DNA of 64,000 bases. It comes from an uncultured Thermotogae bacterium. GTDB lineage: Bacteria; Bipolaricaulota; Bipolaricaulia; UBA7950; UBA9294. The notes beneath the pieces are model-generated. The model did no database searches. It was not told where the DNA came from and was given only the letters and a program-made list of their open reading frames with translations. Shown piece by piece: positions 1 to 11,122 of this stretch. The stretch is taken from the NCBI GenBank assembly GCA_964523545.1, contig CAZFZM010000003.1, positions 68,176-132,175 on the forward strand. Direction: 5' to 3'. How positions within the stretch are numbered: the first letter of the stretch is position 1; every line of letters starts with the position of its first letter. The translations under genes were made by a program, and so were the position numbers.

Positions 1-983
1 AAGAACGCCAGGTAGGCCGCAAGTGCGGCCAGCGCGAGCTCCCAGTGGAGGAAGATCCCCAGCGCGAGGAAGCCGACTCCGTACAGGACGTGGCCGCCGA
101 CCCACATCTTCAGCTTCGGCCATCGCGTTCCGACGGAAGCGGCCAGCAAGCTTCCGGCCAGAACGCCGCCGAGGGTGAGGCTTTGGAGGAATCCGTAGCC
201 TTCCGAGCCCCAGTCGAGGGCGTCTGAGACGAGCGGAGGCATGAAGAACAGACAGCCGAAGACCATGCTGGTGACGACCCCGAGGAGGATAGTTCGACGC
301 AGCAGCTGCTCTCGAACCACGTAGCGCAGGGTCAGCTTGAGATCGCTCCACGGCTGCCAGCCACCGGCTTCGCGCGACGCCCGCGCCACGCCGGCGGCCT
401 TGGGAACGAACAACGCTCCCGCGGAGGCGAACAGACACATCAGTCCGTTGAACAGGAAGATCGGCGCCGGTCCCCAGACGCCGAGGACGACGCCGGCGAC
501 GGCCGCCTCGATCAGGTTGTCGCTCATCCCCCACGATTGGAGAAGCCCGTTGATCCGCACCAGCCGGTCCTTGTGCACCAGATCCGGGAGGATCGAGTCG
601 AACGCCGTCTCCGCGGGGTTGGCGAACAGCGCCTGCCCCACGAGGTACGCCCACAGGTGCCACATCTGTAGGTGCCCCGCTTGGGCGACGGCGAACAGAG
701 CGAGGCTGATCGCCGCCAGCCCGCCGTGGAACCAGATCAGGAGGCTCCGGCGGTTGAACCGATCGACGATCGCGCCGGAGAAGAGGTTCGTGACGGCCCC
801 GGCGAAGGTCCATGCCCCCCCAAGGGCCGCGAGCGAGATCGCCTGACCGGACAGGGACAGCCCGGTCCAGAGGACGGCCACCTGGGCGAACATGTCCCCC
901 GCGTTTCCGAGCGCGTACCCGGTGAGAAACGGCCCGAGGCGACGGTTCGCCAGCCCGTTTCGCCCTCCTCGTGCCTCCGCCAT
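1..983 (-). CDS. MFS transporter; the 3' end lies beyond the left edge of the window
   Basis: Own minus-strand translation from the ATG (complement of 981-983) gives MAEARGGRNGLANRRLGPFLTGYALGNAGDMFAQVAVLWTGLSLSGQAISLAALGGAWTFAGAVTNLFSGAIVDRFNRRSLLIWFHGG... It has successive hydrophobic helices and the D-R-x-x-R-R loop typical of MFS. It is absent from the ORF track because it is edge-truncated. Confidence 0.7.
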   Translation of the reverse strand, partial: MAEARGGRNGLANRRLGPFLTGYALGNAGDMFAQVAVLWTGLSLSGQAISLAALGGAWTFAGAVTNLFSGAIVDRFNRRSLLIWFHGGLAAISLALFAVAQAGHLQMWHLWAYLVGQALFANPAETAFDSILPDLVHKDRLVRINGLLQSWGMSDNLIEAAVAGVVLGVWGPAPIFLFNGLMCLFASAGALFVPKAAGVARASREAGGWQPWSDLKLTLRYVVREQLLRRTILLGVVTSMVFGCLFFMPPLVSDALDWGSEGYGFLQSLTLGGVLAGSLLAASVGTRWPKLKMWVGGHVLYGVGFLALGIFLHWELALAALAAYLAF

Positions 984-1078
984 ACCCTGGCCTACTTACA
1001 GACGCGTGGATCGTCTTCTATGGGGTTCCATGAATCTTACGGACAAGGGTCGTCAGACACAAGCCGAAACGCCTGTGA

Positions 1079-3034
<1,956 letters not shown>

Positions 3035-3075
3035 CCGTCCCACGTTGCGGAAGGTGGGCCCATGAAGGGGAGAAC

Positions 3076-3534
3076 ATGAAGTGGGCAGCCGGTACGCTGG
3101 CGTTCCTCCTGACGGTGGGACTGGTCGGAGTCGACCTCCACGCGGTGACGATCGGCTTCGGCGTCGGGTACGAAATCTCCGGTCTGATCCTTCTCAGCGC
3201 GCTGACGGAGACCCGGATCAACGAAGCGATCGACCTTCGCGCCCAGGTCGGGTTCGCGACGACGGACATCGCCGGACTGATGCTGGTGACGATGGATCTC
3301 CTGTCCCACTGGCTTGTCCCGCCGCTCGACCCGTTCCTCGGACTCGGGATCGGCGTCGCACTGACGCCGCCGCCGTTCTCCACAGGACTGATCGTCGAGG
3401 GGATCGCGGGACTGCGCGCCGCACCGACGGACATCGTGCAGCTGTTCCTGCAGGCGCGGTACATCGTTCGCAGGGCGGGCGCCGGCTGGAGCGCCGGACC
3501 GGTGTTCGAGGGCGGGCTGCTCGTCGAGTTCTAG
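3076..3534 (+). CDS. small signal-peptide protein, possible 8-stranded outer-membrane beta-barrel
   Basis: ATG at 3076 follows GAAGGGGAGA. The N-terminus MKWAAGTLAFLLTVGLVGVDLHA looks like a signal peptide. The body has alternating hydrophobic/Gly-rich strands and the C-terminus is ...GGLLVEF, ending in Phe. No family was recognised. Confidence 0.5.
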   Translation: MKWAAGTLAFLLTVGLVGVDLHAVTIGFGVGYEISGLILLSALTETRINEAIDLRAQVGFATTDIAGLMLVTMDLLSHWLVPPLDPFLGLGIGVALTPPPFSTGLIVEGIAGLRAAPTDIVQLFLQARYIVRRAGAGWSAGPVFEGGLLVEF

Positions 3535-4077
3535 ATGGTGTGGGCGATCGGCATCGTCCTCGGCGGGATCACCGTCCTCTGGATCGCGTGGAATCTGACG
3601 CTCGACGCCCTGTGGCAGCCGACCGACCGGGTGACCCTCCGTCGCCTTCTGTTCCTCGCCGAGGTCCAGCCCGGTGAGCACGTCGTCGACCTCGGTTGTG
3701 GTGACGGAAGGATCGTCGTTGCCGCGGCGAAGGAGTTCGGTGCCCATGCGACGGGGGTCGAGATCGATCCGTTTCGCGTTCTCGTGGCGAACGTCTGGAT
3801 CAAGCTGGCGCGGGTCGGCGCGCGTGCGCGGGTAAGGCGGGGGAACATGTACGAGACAGACGTTTCGGACGCGGACGTGGTCGTCCTGTTTCTCTCTTCG
3901 ACGGCGAACTTCCGGCTTCAGGAGCGCCTCCGACGCCAGCTGAAGCCGGGCGCGCGGGTCGTCTCGTACTACCACCCGATGTGGGGATGGCAGCCGGACG
4001 TTGTCGGGGAGGCAAGGGGCGGCCATCCGATCTACGTCTATCGGATGGGAGAGGATCTTGGCCGCGTCGCTCGCTGA
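3535..4077 (+). CDS. membrane-anchored class I SAM-dependent methyltransferase
   Basis: The ATG directly abuts the preceding TAG stop. It has an N-terminal TM helix (MVWAIGIVLGGITVLWIAW) and SAM motif I (VVDLGCGDGRIVVAAA). Confidence 0.7.
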   Translation: MVWAIGIVLGGITVLWIAWNLTLDALWQPTDRVTLRRLLFLAEVQPGEHVVDLGCGDGRIVVAAAKEFGAHATGVEIDPFRVLVANVWIKLARVGARARVRRGNMYETDVSDADVVVLFLSSTANFRLQERLRRQLKPGARVVSYYHPMWGWQPDVVGEARGGHPIYVYRMGEDLGRVAR

Positions 4078-5500
4078 CCTGTCCGGCGCGATCGGCGCCG
4101 TCTCGCGACCGGATTGGGATCGGGTTCTCATCACCGACGTTTGCGAGGACTCCCGTGACGTCCGCCCCGGCGCTCTGTTCGTCGCGATTCCCGGCGCGGT
4201 GCACGACGGCGGCGATTTCGTGGACGACGCGCTCGGTCGAGGAGCCGTAGCGGTCGTTTCGGAACGAGAGCTCGCGATCTCGGTCCCGCTCCTTCGAACG
4301 GACGACGCGCGGGCGGCCCTCGCGCAGCTGTGCGCCGCGTTCCACGGGCGGCCGACCGAGGAGCTGGTCACCGTCGGGGTGACCGGGACGAACGGGAAGA
4401 CGACCGTCTGCCACTGGATCGCGCACCTCCTTGGGGTCGATCGCGCCGTCCTGATCAGCACCCTGGCCAACGAGGTCCGCGGCCTTCCGGCTGTGACGAC
4501 GCCGTCGAGCCGGGTCGTCCAGCGGATCGCGGCCGAGGCGAGGGAGGGCGGTGCGGAGTACCTGGTGATCGAGGCCTCCTCGATCGGCCTGGAGCAGCAT
4601 CGACTCGACGCGGTCGACTTCGACGTCGGCGTGTTCACCAACCTGACCCGCGACCACCTCGACCTTCACGGCACGATGGAGGCGTACGCGGGAGCGAAGC
4701 GGCGCCTGTTTGAGCGTTTGAAGGAAACCGCCTGCGCCGTGGTCAACGCCGACGATCCCGCCGCCGGCTCGATGCTCGCCGGCTGTGCGGCCGACGTCGT
4801 GCGGTACGGACTCACGGGGAACGCCGATCTGACGGGACTCGATCCGGAGTGGGGCGCGCGCTGCGTGCACTGCACCCTCGCGTGGCGGGACGAGCACGCC
4901 CGGATCGAGCTGCCTCAGCCGGGGCGGCACAACCTGACGAACGCGCTCGCCGCCGCGGCCGTCGCGTTGGACCGCGGCGTCGCGTTGGACACCGTCGCCG
5001 AGCGCCTGGGCAGCGTCCCGGGGCTCGAAGGACGGTCTCAGTTCTTCGAGCGCTCGGACGGGGTGATCGGCGTTCTCGACTTCGCGCACAGCCCGGACGC
5101 GCTCCAGCGAAGCCTGGAGGCCCTCCGTCCGATCGCGGGACGGCTTCTCCTCGTCTTCGGGTGCCCCGGAGAGAGCGATCGAGGAAAGCGCCCGGCCATG
5201 GGCGAGATTGCCGGCCGGCTGGCCGATCGGACGATCCTGACCGCCGATAACCCGAAGCACGAGGATCTCGATGCGATCCTCGACGACATCGAGGTCGGTC
5301 TCCGCCCGACCGGTGGGAGTTGGGAGCGGATCGTCGACCGGGCCGAGGCGATCGGCTGGGCCGTCGAACGATCGAAGCCGGGCGACGTGATCCTCATCGC
5401 CGGGAAGGGGCACGAGCGGTATCAGATCGTCGGAAACGCCTTCGTGCCGTACTCTGACCGCGACGTCCTGGAGGGACTCGGCTTCGTCCCGAATCCCTGA
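4001..5500 (+). CDS. murE: UDP-N-acetylmuramoyl-L-alanyl-D-glutamate--2,6-diaminopimelate ligase
   Basis: Mur ligase P-loop VGVTGTNGKTT, DFAHSPDAL, and a DNPR-like motif (ADNPKHED). The start is uncertain: the track start at 4001 overlaps the methyltransferase. A TTG at 4058 preceded by GGATGGGAGAGGA is an alternative. Confidence 0.9.
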   Translation: MSGRQGAAIRSTSIGWERILAASLADLSGAIGAVSRPDWDRVLITDVCEDSRDVRPGALFVAIPGAVHDGGDFVDDALGRGAVAVVSERELAISVPLLRTDDARAALAQLCAAFHGRPTEELVTVGVTGTNGKTTVCHWIAHLLGVDRAVLISTLANEVRGLPAVTTPSSRVVQRIAAEAREGGAEYLVIEASSIGLEQHRLDAVDFDVGVFTNLTRDHLDLHGTMEAYAGAKRRLFERLKETACAVVNADDPAAGSMLAGCAADVVRYGLTGNADLTGLDPEWGARCVHCTLAWRDEHARIELPQPGRHNLTNALAAAAVALDRGVALDTVAERLGSVPGLEGRSQFFERSDGVIGVLDFAHSPDALQRSLEALRPIAGRLLLVFGCPGESDRGKRPAMGEIAGRLADRTILTADNPKHEDLDAILDDIEVGLRPTGGSWERIVDRAEAIGWAVERSKPGDVILIAGKGHERYQIVGNAFVPYSDRDVLEGLGFVPNP

Positions 5501-5516
5501 CCGACGAACGGAACGG

Positions 5517-6878
5517 TCAATCCACGTCGCGCACGAGCTCGTCGACGAGCCGCTCCAGCTTCAGCGCGCGGGACCCCTTGACGAGGACGAAGGCGTCGCG
5601 CGAGTCCAGACAGAGAGCGTGGATCGTGCGATCCAGTTCGTCCCGGTCGACGAACCGGATCGCGGGCGAAGAACGCGTCCGGCACGCGTCGGCGGCACGA
5701 GCACCGACCGGGAGAACCGCGTCGATCCCGAGATCGAGAGCGAGGTCGACGACTTCGCGATGGTATCGGTCGGCGTCGGGACCGAGCTCCCGCATCTCGC
5801 CGAAGACGAAGACGCGGCGCGTCTCGGGGCCGCCGCACCGCGCGAGGGCGCGCAGCGCCCCGGCGGTCGACGCCGGATTCGCGTTGTACGTGTCGTCGAG
5901 GATCGTCCCGAACGGAGCGTCGATCGGTTCGAGTCGATGTGGGACGGGAAGGAACGTCTCGATCCGCTCTTCGATTGCGCGCGGTGGAACGCCGAGGCGG
6001 TACGCCGTCACCCCGGCGAGGAGGAGGTTCACCGCGTTGTGCCGGCCGATCAGCGGAGAGGCGAGCCGCATCGGCGGATCGCCGACGGTGAGAACCAGTC
6101 GTGGCGTCTCCTCCTCGACCCGTCCTCGGACTTCGCCGTGCTCGATCCCGACGCTTGTGCAGCGGTCGTCGGCGTCCTGCATCAGCCGACGCAGGTCGGG
6201 CGAATCGGCGTTGACGAAAGCGGTTCCGTCCGGCGGGAGCCGCTCGACGAGCGACCACTTCTCCCGCGCGACTGCCTCGACCGAGCCGAGGCCGTCCAAG
6301 TGGCTCGGTCCGACCGACGTGATCAGACCGACCTGCGGGGCGAGGACGTCGGCCAGGGCCGCGATGTCGCCCGGGCGGTCGGCGCCGAGCTCGAACAGGC
6401 CGATCGACGCTGCCTCGGGCATCGCGAGCAAGGCGAGCGGAAGACCGACTTCCGTGTTGTAGTTCTTCGGCGCGTTGAAGACTCCGCGAACGCGGCCCGG
6501 CCCGCTGAGGACATGCGCGAGGAGGGCGCGCGTCGTCGTCTTCCCGTTGCTCCCGGTGATCCCGACGAACGTGGCGTCGAGCGCTTCGCGCCAAGTCGAC
6601 GCGAGCCGCTGGAGCGCACCGAGCGTGTCGTCGACGACGATCAGGTTGTGGGCGTCGTCCGGCGCCGCACTCGGATCGGAGATCAGCGCGCCGCAGGCCC
6701 CGCGGGCGAAGACGTCCCGCAGGAACGCGTGCCCGTCGCTCCGACGGCCGCGAAGGGCGACGAACAGGTCGCCCTCCGAGATCTCGCGGGAATCGTGGAC
6801 GATCCGAACCGGCGTCGCCCCGTCGCCGCGGAAGATACCTCCGTCGACGATTCTCGCGATCTCGCCGACCGGGTACAT
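5517..6878 (-). CDS. murF: UDP-N-acetylmuramoyl-tripeptide--D-alanyl-D-alanine ligase
   Basis: ORF 5517..6965, with the likely start at the internal ATG 6878 (MYPVGEIARIVDG...). It has the P-loop VGITGSNGKTTT. The start lies 2 nt after the stop of the upstream peptidase gene. Confidence 0.9.
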   Translation of the reverse strand: MYPVGEIARIVDGGIFRGDGATPVRIVHDSREISEGDLFVALRGRRSDGHAFLRDVFARGACGALISDPSAAPDDAHNLIVVDDTLGALQRLASTWREALDATFVGITGSNGKTTTRALLAHVLSGPGRVRGVFNAPKNYNTEVGLPLALLAMPEAASIGLFELGADRPGDIAALADVLAPQVGLITSVGPSHLDGLGSVEAVAREKWSLVERLPPDGTAFVNADSPDLRRLMQDADDRCTSVGIEHGEVRGRVEEETPRLVLTVGDPPMRLASPLIGRHNAVNLLLAGVTAYRLGVPPRAIEERIETFLPVPHRLEPIDAPFGTILDDTYNANPASTAGALRALARCGGPETRRVFVFGEMRELGPDADRYHREVVDLALDLGIDAVLPVGARAADACRTRSSPAIRFVDRDELDRTIHALCLDSRDAFVLVKGSRALKLERLVDELVRDVD

Positions 6879-6880
6879 GT

Positions 6881-8728
6881 CTACCAGTTCGGCGCGGTCT
6901 GTGTCTTGTCCTCCGCTTCCGGTTCGGATGGCGGGGCCTCGGTCAGCAACGCGGTCGCCTCCCATTCGTCGTAGACGGCGTATCCGGGGAAATCGTACGT
7001 GACTTCCGTGACCCCATACAGCGCGTCGGCGTAGGGGGAGTACGGATCGATGGCGAACAGCTCGACGGTGAGGCGGTCGTAGCTCGGAAGCGACTCGACG
7101 GCGTCGATCATGTCGGCGAGGTCGACGAACGCGGGGGGAGTCTCTCCCCCTTCGAGGTATCGCGGGCCGCCGTACGCCCGGACGATGACGTAATCGGAGA
7201 AGAGGTCCTCCGGGATGACAATCTCCCCCTCCTCGACCCGCATGTCGCCCTGGTAGGTCTGCAGCTCGAGGCGGAAGCGGATCGTGTCACCAGGCGCATA
7301 GATCCAGTCGTCGATTTCGAGATGGTTGATCTGGATTCCCTTGATCTCCTCCGTGATCGACATCGACGCGGCGATCCGCGTGATCTTGGGATCGTCGAAC
7401 GCGTTGTACTGCAGGAACGCGACGATCCCCGCCAGCTGCCACGGCGGGTAGACGGCGACGTCGACCGAGCTGAAGAAGATGTCGGTCCGCTCGAGCGGCA
7501 TCGGCATCCCGTCGCCGAGGATCTGATACGTCACCTCGACCGTCCCCGGGCCGATGCGGTCGAGCGTCGTGTCGATCGCCTCGAAGCCGGTCGAGAGGAG
7601 GAGCTCGGGGATCAGATGCGGCTCGTCGATCATCCCGACCTCGTAGGTCTCGGTGACGTCTCGATCGAGGTCGTGGACGCCGAGCGCAAGCTCGATCGTG
7701 TCGGTCATCGGGCCGATCCGGCCGCCGATCGCCGCGGTCCGATCCTCGAAGATCGTGCCGATCGGGTCGCCGAGCGTGCCGAGCTTGAACGACGCCTCGA
7801 ACGACTTCATCGTGTCGATGATCGACACGGTCGTCATCGGGAACTGCGACGCGCCGTTCGAGATGAACGGATGGCCGAAGCCCACGAGCGCGTCCCCGTC
7901 CAAGTAGGTCAGGGTCCCGAGGGCGCCGATCGCGAGATCGCCGGTCGTCAGAGCGACGCCGATCGAGCTCCCCGGCTCGAGGTCGGCGGTGTCGATCGAC
8001 GAGGTGGCCGGTTGGGAGACGGCCATCGGAAGAAGCGTCAGATTGAGCGCCGACAGTCCGTCGAACGTGGGCCCGACGTCGATGGAGAGGAAGTCGCCGA
8101 TCCATCCGTCCGGAGCCTCTTGAGCCGCGACGCCGTTCATCAACAGGTCGCGCGAGCGGCCGGACAGGCCCGGCGCGATCAGCGGCGTGGCGACCGGGTA
8201 GGAGAAGATCGCGTCCGGGAGCGCGGCGACGAGGGACGGGGCGGGAGGAAGAAGGCCGTCGACGACGGCGACGTTACGGAGGACGGACGGTCCGTTCGGC
8301 GCGCTCGCGAGCCGGGCCGTGCTCGCGGAGTCGATCACCTCGAGCATCGGCTCGATGGGAGTGACGAGGCCGATCGGCGTGATCTCCTTCGACCAGTTCC
8401 CGGCGCGGCTGAGGGCACCGATCAGCTTGCCGTCGATGTAGATGGGGCTTCCGCTCATTCCTTGCGCGATCCCACCGGAGCGGCCGATCGCGTCACCGGA
8501 AACGCGGACGACGATGAAGTCGGAGAGCGTCCCCGGTTGGTCGATGATTCCGAGGACCTCGACGGCGAATTCGTCGATCACGTCCTTGGCGACGATCGTC
8601 TTGCCGACGCCGGTCATCCCGACTTCGATCTCGTCGAGGAAGAGGAACTCCGATCGGTCGTAGGCGAGCGCCACGGAACAGGCGGCGATCACGACGACGA
8701 AACAAACGAACAGGCTTCTACGGTACAC
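6881..8728 (-). CDS. secreted SpoIVB-like peptidase (S55 family-like)
   Basis: This is the C-terminal 615 codons of ORF 6881..10075. GTG at 8728 is preceded by GAAGGAGGA. It has an N-terminal hydrophobic anchor (LFVCFVVVIAACSVALA). GIAQGMSGSPIYIDGKLIGAL resembles the S55 catalytic Ser region, and ALVGFGHPF occurs later. The upstream part of the track ORF is antisense to trkH. Confidence 0.7.
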   Translation of the reverse strand: MYRRSLFVCFVVVIAACSVALAYDRSEFLFLDEIEVGMTGVGKTIVAKDVIDEFAVEVLGIIDQPGTLSDFIVVRVSGDAIGRSGGIAQGMSGSPIYIDGKLIGALSRAGNWSKEITPIGLVTPIEPMLEVIDSASTARLASAPNGPSVLRNVAVVDGLLPPAPSLVAALPDAIFSYPVATPLIAPGLSGRSRDLLMNGVAAQEAPDGWIGDFLSIDVGPTFDGLSALNLTLLPMAVSQPATSSIDTADLEPGSSIGVALTTGDLAIGALGTLTYLDGDALVGFGHPFISNGASQFPMTTVSIIDTMKSFEASFKLGTLGDPIGTIFEDRTAAIGGRIGPMTDTIELALGVHDLDRDVTETYEVGMIDEPHLIPELLLSTGFEAIDTTLDRIGPGTVEVTYQILGDGMPMPLERTDIFFSSVDVAVYPPWQLAGIVAFLQYNAFDDPKITRIAASMSITEEIKGIQINHLEIDDWIYAPGDTIRFRLELQTYQGDMRVEEGEIVIPEDLFSDYVIVRAYGGPRYLEGGETPPAFVDLADMIDAVESLPSYDRLTVELFAIDPYSPYADALYGVTEVTYDFPGYAVYDEWEATALLTEAPPSEPEAEDKTQTAPNW

Positions 8729-8811
8729 AGGTCCTCCTTCGTTCCATCCGGGCTGGCGAGAGTATACCGCCGAGCTGTGGCGTTTTTGTGGGCGAGCGAA
8801 GGGGTTTTCGC

Positions 8812-10329
8812 TTATTGGACGCCGCGGAGCATCGCCCGGACGAGCATCAGGACCGGGATGATCTCGAGGCGCCCGATCCACATGTTGAAACAGAGCATCA
8901 ACTTGCTCGCCAGAGACATCGTCGGTTGAGTGATCCCGACCGAGAGACCGACGTTCCCTTGGGCGCTCGCGACCTCGAACACGACGTCGGAGAGCGTGTG
9001 CTCCCCGGAGACGGTGTGCAGAAGGACGACGATCCCCAGCCCGAGGAAGATCAGCCAAAGGAAGGCGATCAGGGCGGCGTCCTCCAGCCGCTGTCCCACC
9101 TGGGACTCGTCGATCGTCGCGACGCCAAATCGGAACGGGACGATCGCCCGCCGCGGCGAGACGATCTTCCGGAACCGCCACTGGACACCCTTCATCAGGA
9201 TCAGCATCCGCATGACCTTGATCCCTCCGGCGGTCGAACCGGCGGCGCCGCCGATGAACATCGCCGCCGCGAGGAGGAGCTTCCCGGTCGGGCTCCAGAT
9301 GCTGACGTCGGCCGACTGGAAACCGGTACAGGTGATCGCGGAGACGAGCTGGAACGCCGAGTGCCTCAGCGCTCCGACGCCCCCTCCGATCGCCAACAGG
9401 TTCTCGAGCGTCAGGAAGGCGATGCCGATCAGGGCGATCGCCAGGAACCAGCGGGTCTGAAAGTCCTCCCACAGGACCCGCCCCTTCCCGCGCATCATCT
9501 CGTAGTGAACGGCGAAGCTGATCGCGCCGAGGAGCATGATCGGGATCAGGACGAGTTCGATCGCAACGGAGTTGTAGGTGGCGATGCTGTTGTCGGTGAC
9601 GGTGAACCCGCCGGTCGAGATCCCGGTCATTGCGTGGTTGATCGACTCCCAGACCGGCATCCCGGCTCCCCACAGCGCGACGACGGAGATGAACGAGTAC
9701 AGGAGGAAGATCCACCACATCGTTCGCAGCGTCGACGCGACGCTCGGGTGGATCTTCTCGCCACGGGCCTCTGCGTAGTAGAGGGAGTATCGCGCCGCGC
9801 CGGGGCGCGGACCGGCGAGGATCGCGAGCATGAGAACGATCACGCCCATCCCGCCGATCCACTCGGTGAAGCTCCGCCACCACTGAAGGGTTCTCGGCAA
9901 CAGGTCGGCGCGCGCGGCCATCGTCAGTCCGGTCCCCGTGTAGCCGGAGACGGCCTCGAAGAACGCGCTCGCAGGGTCCTTGAAGTAGAGCAGCGTTTCG
10001 GACGCCTCGCCCGCCCCGGCGAACAGCGCCGTCAGGACGAACGGGAGCGAGCCGAGCGCAGCGACCAGCAGCCATCCGAACGCGGCGATGATCATCCCGT
10101 GCTTCAACTCGGCCTCGCCGGCGTTGCGGAACGGGAAGTAGAGGGCCGCGCCGAGGGCGAACGAGATCCCGGCGGTGATCGCCAGAGGGGCGAAGGCGAA
10201 CCGCTCTCCGAAAACGAGCGGTACGATCAGGGAAACGGTTGCCATGATCCCGACGACCGGAACGAGAAGGCCGAGGTCGCGGAGGACGATGTAGAGGTCC
10301 TGCCGACCGCGGAAGATGGAGGGGCTCAT
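8812..10329 (-). CDS. trkH: Trk/Ktr-type potassium uptake membrane subunit
   Basis: 505-aa polytopic protein with repeated M1-P-M2 units (GYTGTGLT, GISTGGFT, ITCTGFQ, AQGNVGLS selectivity-filter-like glycines). ATGA overlap with the trkA stop. Confidence 0.9.
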   Translation of the reverse strand: MSPSIFRGRQDLYIVLRDLGLLVPVVGIMATVSLIVPLVFGERFAFAPLAITAGISFALGAALYFPFRNAGEAELKHGMIIAAFGWLLVAALGSLPFVLTALFAGAGEASETLLYFKDPASAFFEAVSGYTGTGLTMAARADLLPRTLQWWRSFTEWIGGMGVIVLMLAILAGPRPGAARYSLYYAEARGEKIHPSVASTLRTMWWIFLLYSFISVVALWGAGMPVWESINHAMTGISTGGFTVTDNSIATYNSVAIELVLIPIMLLGAISFAVHYEMMRGKGRVLWEDFQTRWFLAIALIGIAFLTLENLLAIGGGVGALRHSAFQLVSAITCTGFQSADVSIWSPTGKLLLAAAMFIGGAAGSTAGGIKVMRMLILMKGVQWRFRKIVSPRRAIVPFRFGVATIDESQVGQRLEDAALIAFLWLIFLGLGIVVLLHTVSGEHTLSDVVFEVASAQGNVGLSVGITQPTMSLASKLMLCFNMWIGRLEIIPVLMLVRAMLRGVQ

Positions 10330-10988
10330 CCGGTCAGTTTCTCGATCAGCTCATCGCTGACCGGATCGAGCGAAAAGAAGGTGAGCACGTCGTTCTCCTC
10401 GACGACGGTGTCGTCCGACGGGATCGACTGATCGCCTTCCCGATCGATCGCCAGGATTCGCATCGACGCGGGAAGGATCTCCCGCTTGACCGCGTCGGAA
10501 ACCGACCGGTCGATCAGCGGTGACTCGGCGCCGACCTGAAGGCGGAAGATCTGCGCGTCCTGCGGCAGCATCGCGAAGTCCTGGACGGACGGCCGCTTGA
10601 CGGCGTTGTAGAGGTGGTGCGCGACCACGTCCTCGGGATTCTCCATGACGTTCGCGCCGAGCTTGCGAAAGAAATCGGCGTGGTCCTCGTCGTTGACGAC
10701 CGACACGATCGAGGGAATCCCCAGATCGGCCGCGATCGAGACGACCATCAGGTTCACCGCGTCGTCGCTCGTGGTCACGATGAGGGCGTCGGCGCGCTCG
10801 GAGCCGGCCTCGCGGAGCGTCTCCGCCGAGGTTGCGTTCCCGGTCAACACGGTGACGTCGTACTTCGAGCTGATGTCGCGTCCCCGCTCCGGGCTGGAGT
10901 CGATGACAACGACGTTGTTCTTCTCCTTGACGGAAAGGTCGATCAGGCTCGTCCCAATGCTTCCTGCGCCCACGATGATCATGTACAT
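10326..10988 (-). CDS. trkA: Trk system NAD-binding subunit
   Basis: The likely start is MYMIIVGAGSIGTSL (Rossmann GxGxxG), preceded by AAGGGGGG. RCK N and C domains are present. The stop overlaps the trkH ATG. Confidence 0.9.
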   Translation of the reverse strand: MYMIIVGAGSIGTSLIDLSVKEKNNVVVIDSSPERGRDISSKYDVTVLTGNATSAETLREAGSERADALIVTTSDDAVNLMVVSIAADLGIPSIVSVVNDEDHADFFRKLGANVMENPEDVVAHHLYNAVKRPSVQDFAMLPQDAQIFRLQVGAESPLIDRSVSDAVKREILPASMRILAIDREGDQSIPSDDTVVEENDVLTFFSLDPVSDELIEKLTG

Positions 10989-11011
10989 GCGAGCCCCCCT
11001 TGGCGGGATCG

Positions 11012-11040
11012 ATGGTAGCATAGACGAAATCCTGGGTCAA
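11012..11040 (-). promoter_or_regulatory. sigma70-type promoter candidate for trkA-trkH
   Basis: Minus strand: TTGACC (complement of 11035-11040), 17 nt, TACCAT (complement of 11012-11017). It lies about 20 nt upstream of the trkA start. Confidence 0.4.
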
Positions 11041-11082
11041 AGGCCAGATCGCACGAGAATCTGCATCGGGTAAGGCTTTCTG

Positions 11083-11111
11083 TTGAGCCGGGCGGGCCGG
11101 CGGACTACAAT
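11083..11111 (+). promoter_or_regulatory. sigma70-type promoter candidate for the 11123-16710 plus-strand operon
   Basis: TTGAGC (11083-11088), 17 nt, TACAAT (11106-11111). The ATG at 11123 is only 11 nt after the -10 box and there is no Shine-Dalgarno, which implies a near-leaderless mRNA. Confidence 0.4.
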
Positions 11112-11122
11112 CGCTGGTTGTC

